Of a stretch of 64,000 nt of DNA, positions 60,879-64,000 are shown piece after piece; position 1 is the stretch's first letter, and the number at the start of each line of letters is the position of its first letter. Where the stretch lies: positions 186,001-250,000 of the forward strand of contig JAKMXF010000365.1 in assembly GCA_024704765.1 (NCBI GenBank), written 5' to 3'. The notes beneath the pieces were generated by a model. It had not been told where the DNA came from and did no database searches. It saw only the letters and a program-made list of their open reading frames with translations. The position numbers were made by a program, and so were the translations under genes. The DNA comes from Oopsacas minuta. Taxonomy: Eukaryota > Animalia > Porifera.

Positions 60879-61204
60879 ACTTTTTATTTGTAAATTGTAT
60901 ATTTATTCATTCGATCTTAGTATTATATTTTCAATTACTTAATCTGTATTTCTCGATTCTTAAATCGAAGCCTCGTAATGAGATATACATGCGTACATTG
61001 TATAGCGATTAATAATAAGAGTTCACACCTGCTTAATCGATTACGAATTATAGATTATGAAAGCTAAAATCAGGAATATTCTCTTAATCAAAACGAAAGG
61101 AAATTTCTAGGTAATTGACGACAGCATTTTTGTAATGGTTAAAATGCTATAAAAGGTACAAATAAGTGTTAGCTAAATCAAATAATTATTCAACAGAATA
61201 GTCA

Positions 61205-61786
61205 ATGGAAATGAAGAGGGAACAGATTAAAATCCTCGTGTTAGGAGCAGGTGCTGTTGGTAAGACATGTCTCACTTTACAGTACGTACGTAATGAATTC
61301 GTGTGTGGATATACTCCTACAATAGAGGAGGTATATGAGACTCCGGCTAGAGTGGAGGACAGTTTATACATCTTACAGATACTTGATACAGCTGGAACTG
61401 ATGAGTGTGGAATTATTCGGGAACAGTTCTACCATCAATGTGACGGCTATCTGTTGTTGTTCTCTGTCACAGATAGATTCAGTCTTCAGGAAATCAAGGA
61501 AATACAAAAGGACATCAAGAGACAAGTGAATCGATCCATTCCTTTCTTGGTTGTAGGCAACAAGATAGATCTGTCCGAATCTAGGAAGATCTCCTCTGAC
61601 GAGGGAGAGACAATCGCCTCCATGTTGGGGGGAGAATACATAGAGACATCAGCTAAATTTCATATCAATGTGGATAGAGTGTTCCATACACTTGTAAGTA
61701 AAATACAGCATAACAATAAGGTAACTGATAAAAAGACATCAAAGAAGGAAAGGAAAGCCAAAAAGGGGAAATGTTCCATTTTGTAA
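61205..61786 (+). CDS. Ras-family small GTPase (Rap-like), copy A
   Basis: GAGAVGKT, YTPTIEE, DTAGTDE (Thr at the Ras Q61 position, as in Rap1), NKID, ETSAK, polybasic tail + CSIL. Confidence 0.93.
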   Translation: MEMKREQIKILVLGAGAVGKTCLTLQYVRNEFVCGYTPTIEEVYETPARVEDSLYILQILDTAGTDECGIIREQFYHQCDGYLLLFSVTDRFSLQEIKEIQKDIKRQVNRSIPFLVVGNKIDLSESRKISSDEGETIASMLGGEYIETSAKFHINVDRVFHTLVSKIQHNNKVTDKKTSKKERKAKKGKCSIL

Positions 61787-62317
61787 TTTTAAATGTATTC
61801 ATTTAATACACTGTCGAATATTTTCATTCTTCTCATATAATAATTATTTGCAAAGCAGCTGATACAGTATTGCAACTATGAAAATAAAGAATTATTAAAT
61901 TTCCAATTAATCTACAATAGCGATAAACGTAATTAATTCGTGCAACATATTTGTATGCAATCATAGATTATTACCATCTGCCATTACATAATACACAATT
62001 ACACATGTAATATCTAGACGTGAGTAGCCTGACTATCGTATGCAAATTTCTAATCAATTTCATAATATATTGCAGACTAACATTATTTACTACACAGCAT
62101 AGCTAATCAATATACATTTCTAATTATTCATGAGCAACGGACTTGTAGACTAATTTGGAAATACACAGTATAAGCAAGTAGCAAATACTCCCACAGGAAA
62201 TCGAGCTACAGAAATTTGTTAAGTGAATATGTTTTAATAACAAAACGAAGTGTATGCATTATTATGTAAAAATTCAAAAAGCGAAACACTAAATTAAAAC
62301 CTATTTAAAATGTATAA

Positions 62318-62899
62318 TTACAAAATGGAACATTTCCCCTTTTTGGCTTTCCTTTCCTTCTTTGATGTCTTTTTATCAGTTACCTTATTGTTATGCTGTA
62401 TTTTACTTACAAGTGTATGGAACACTCTATCCACATTGATATGAAATTTAGCTGATGTCTCTATGTATTCTCCCCCCAACATGGAGGCGATTGTCTCTCC
62501 CTCGTCAGAGGAGATCTTCCTAGATTCGGACAGATCTATCTTGTTGCCTACAACCAAGAAAGGAATGGATCGATTCACTTGTCTCTTGATGTCCTTTTGT
62601 ATTTCCTTGATTTCCTGAAGACTGAATCTATCTGTGACAGAGAACAACAACAGATAGCCGTCACATTGATGGTAGAACTGTTCCCGAATAATTCCACACT
62701 CATCAGTTCCAGCTGTATCAAGTATCTGTAAGATGTATAAACTGTCCTCCACTCTAGCCGGAGTCTCATATACCTCCTCTATTGTAGGAGTATATCCACA
62801 CACGAATTCATTACGTACGTACTGTAGAGTGAGACATGTCTTACCAACAGCACCTGCTCCTAACACGAGGATCTTCAATGCTTCTCTATTACTCGCCAT
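62318..62899 (-). CDS. Ras-family small GTPase (Rap-like), copy B, inverted duplicate
   Basis: Protein identical to copy A except within the first 8 residues. Confidence 0.93.
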   Translation of the reverse strand: MASNREALKILVLGAGAVGKTCLTLQYVRNEFVCGYTPTIEEVYETPARVEDSLYILQILDTAGTDECGIIREQFYHQCDGYLLLFSVTDRFSLQEIKEIQKDIKRQVNRSIPFLVVGNKIDLSESRKISSDEGETIASMLGGEYIETSAKFHINVDRVFHTLVSKIQHNNKVTDKKTSKKERKAKKGKCSIL

Positions 62900-63461
62900 T
62901 TTTGAATGTTATTGATTAATAATTGTATTTGTATATTTACTTTTCACAGAGAAATCAGTTGCTTTTATACTACTACAAACTGCTATTGCTTTCTATGCTA
63001 TAATCTACTGCAATTGGTATTACCAGCTATTAATCAGTTGATTAGAACAGATAGACATTGTGCCCAACTATGACATAGTGTTGTTCAGCCATTTCTTATA
63101 ATATCTTACGAAACTCTTACTTGATAAATCGTGAAATCATTTACATTTTAAAATCGAACACAGAATGTTGAGTAGACAACATATGCTGTGCGTTACAGCT
63201 CGCCCAATTTAGAATCCCCAACAAATGCAAATAGAGATCATCTTCTTAAACTTCCATTAAAGCTATGTGCTTTATATGTATAATTTGTCCATTTATATTA
63301 TTCTGAACTCTTGAAGAGAAATAAAGGAGAACAATAAGCCATTTCTGAGTATCGTCTCAGTCACATCCGCATTGGCACGTTATTCAATTTCTTATAATTA
63401 TAACTAATAACACTTCACAAATTAATATTTTTGTTATTATGAATAATTTCTAGCACAGATA

Positions 63462-63896
63462 ATGTCGCTATTAAAGCAAGCTTTAGATAGAGGTGTAAAG
63501 GCTACTAAATCATTCCTGAGAGGTAGCAAGGATTTGGAACTGAAACCAAACCTAGTACAAATGGAGAAGATAACAAGGATAGTTAACCGTATGGCTAAAA
63601 CCTATAAACTAACGCAATCCGATAACCTTAACCATATGATATCAACAAAAACATCCATACTGATAGAGTGCGAGAAAGAATTCAATCGTGAGGTTCCTAG
63701 CTATAAGCTAAGAGATATGAAAACATTACACGACATAATCACATACTTCTCTACACCTATACCAAAGAAATACGCATCAGGTCTCCCCAACCTTGAGGAG
63801 GATATTGTAGCCAAGTCAGGGATTGGTAATATTAGGATTTACGAGGACAGTGCTCCTCCGGTAAAGTTCCAGAAGAAGAATCTCCGTGTTTATTAG
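63462..63896 (+). CDS. MRPL50: Mitochondrial ribosomal protein L50-like
   Basis: KTSILIECEKEFNREVPSYKLRDMKTLHDIITYFSTP matches the mL50 motif (K..LL..C....G..VPN..LH.M.T..DV..FY.TP). Confidence 0.75.
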   Translation: MSLLKQALDRGVKATKSFLRGSKDLELKPNLVQMEKITRIVNRMAKTYKLTQSDNLNHMISTKTSILIECEKEFNREVPSYKLRDMKTLHDIITYFSTPIPKKYASGLPNLEEDIVAKSGIGNIRIYEDSAPPVKFQKKNLRVY

Positions 63897-64000
63897 TATA
63901 TTATTCATAGCATATGTGCCTTATTAAATTTGTGTCTGAATAATGTCTTATAATTAACTTCCATGATATTCATCACTGCATTATTAGGTATTATTAGCCA

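Overview
AT-rich, gene-dense eukaryotic DNA with GT-AG introns and many long single-exon genes. The gene set (semaphorin, filamin, parkin, MEKK2/3, tektin-1, LRP-like receptor, Rap GTPases) and the compact layout point to an early-branching animal, most plausibly a sponge such as a hexactinellid; this is inference only. The left part (1-35 kb) is accessory-like: an intron-rich semaphorin with tiny MITEs, a 26-bp minisatellite, a decayed coiled-coil/DUSP-UBL (USP15-like) gene, a short intronless filamin, four diverged CNC/Maf-type bZIP genes including an inverted pair, RING-less coiled-coil/NHL genes and a spliced PDZ gene. The right part (35-64 kb) is mostly housekeeping: CHMP2B, UQCRH (its single predicted intron apparently holds parkin and MAP3K2/3), dispanin, a GON7 candidate, F-box/PP2, SAM50, MFSD1, a kinesin-DEP-ankyrin fusion, tektin, TBCCD1, an LRP-like receptor, an inverted near-identical Rap pair and MRPL50. 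The main leads are the kinesin-DEP-ankyrin motor, the nested parkin/MAP3K, the Trp-to-stop bias in the USP-like pseudogene, CDS-restricted homogenisation of the Rap pair, acceptor-like AGs just before many start codons (possible trans-splicing) and a two-box intronic repeat. All protein assignments are by eye from remembered family motifs; no searches were run.
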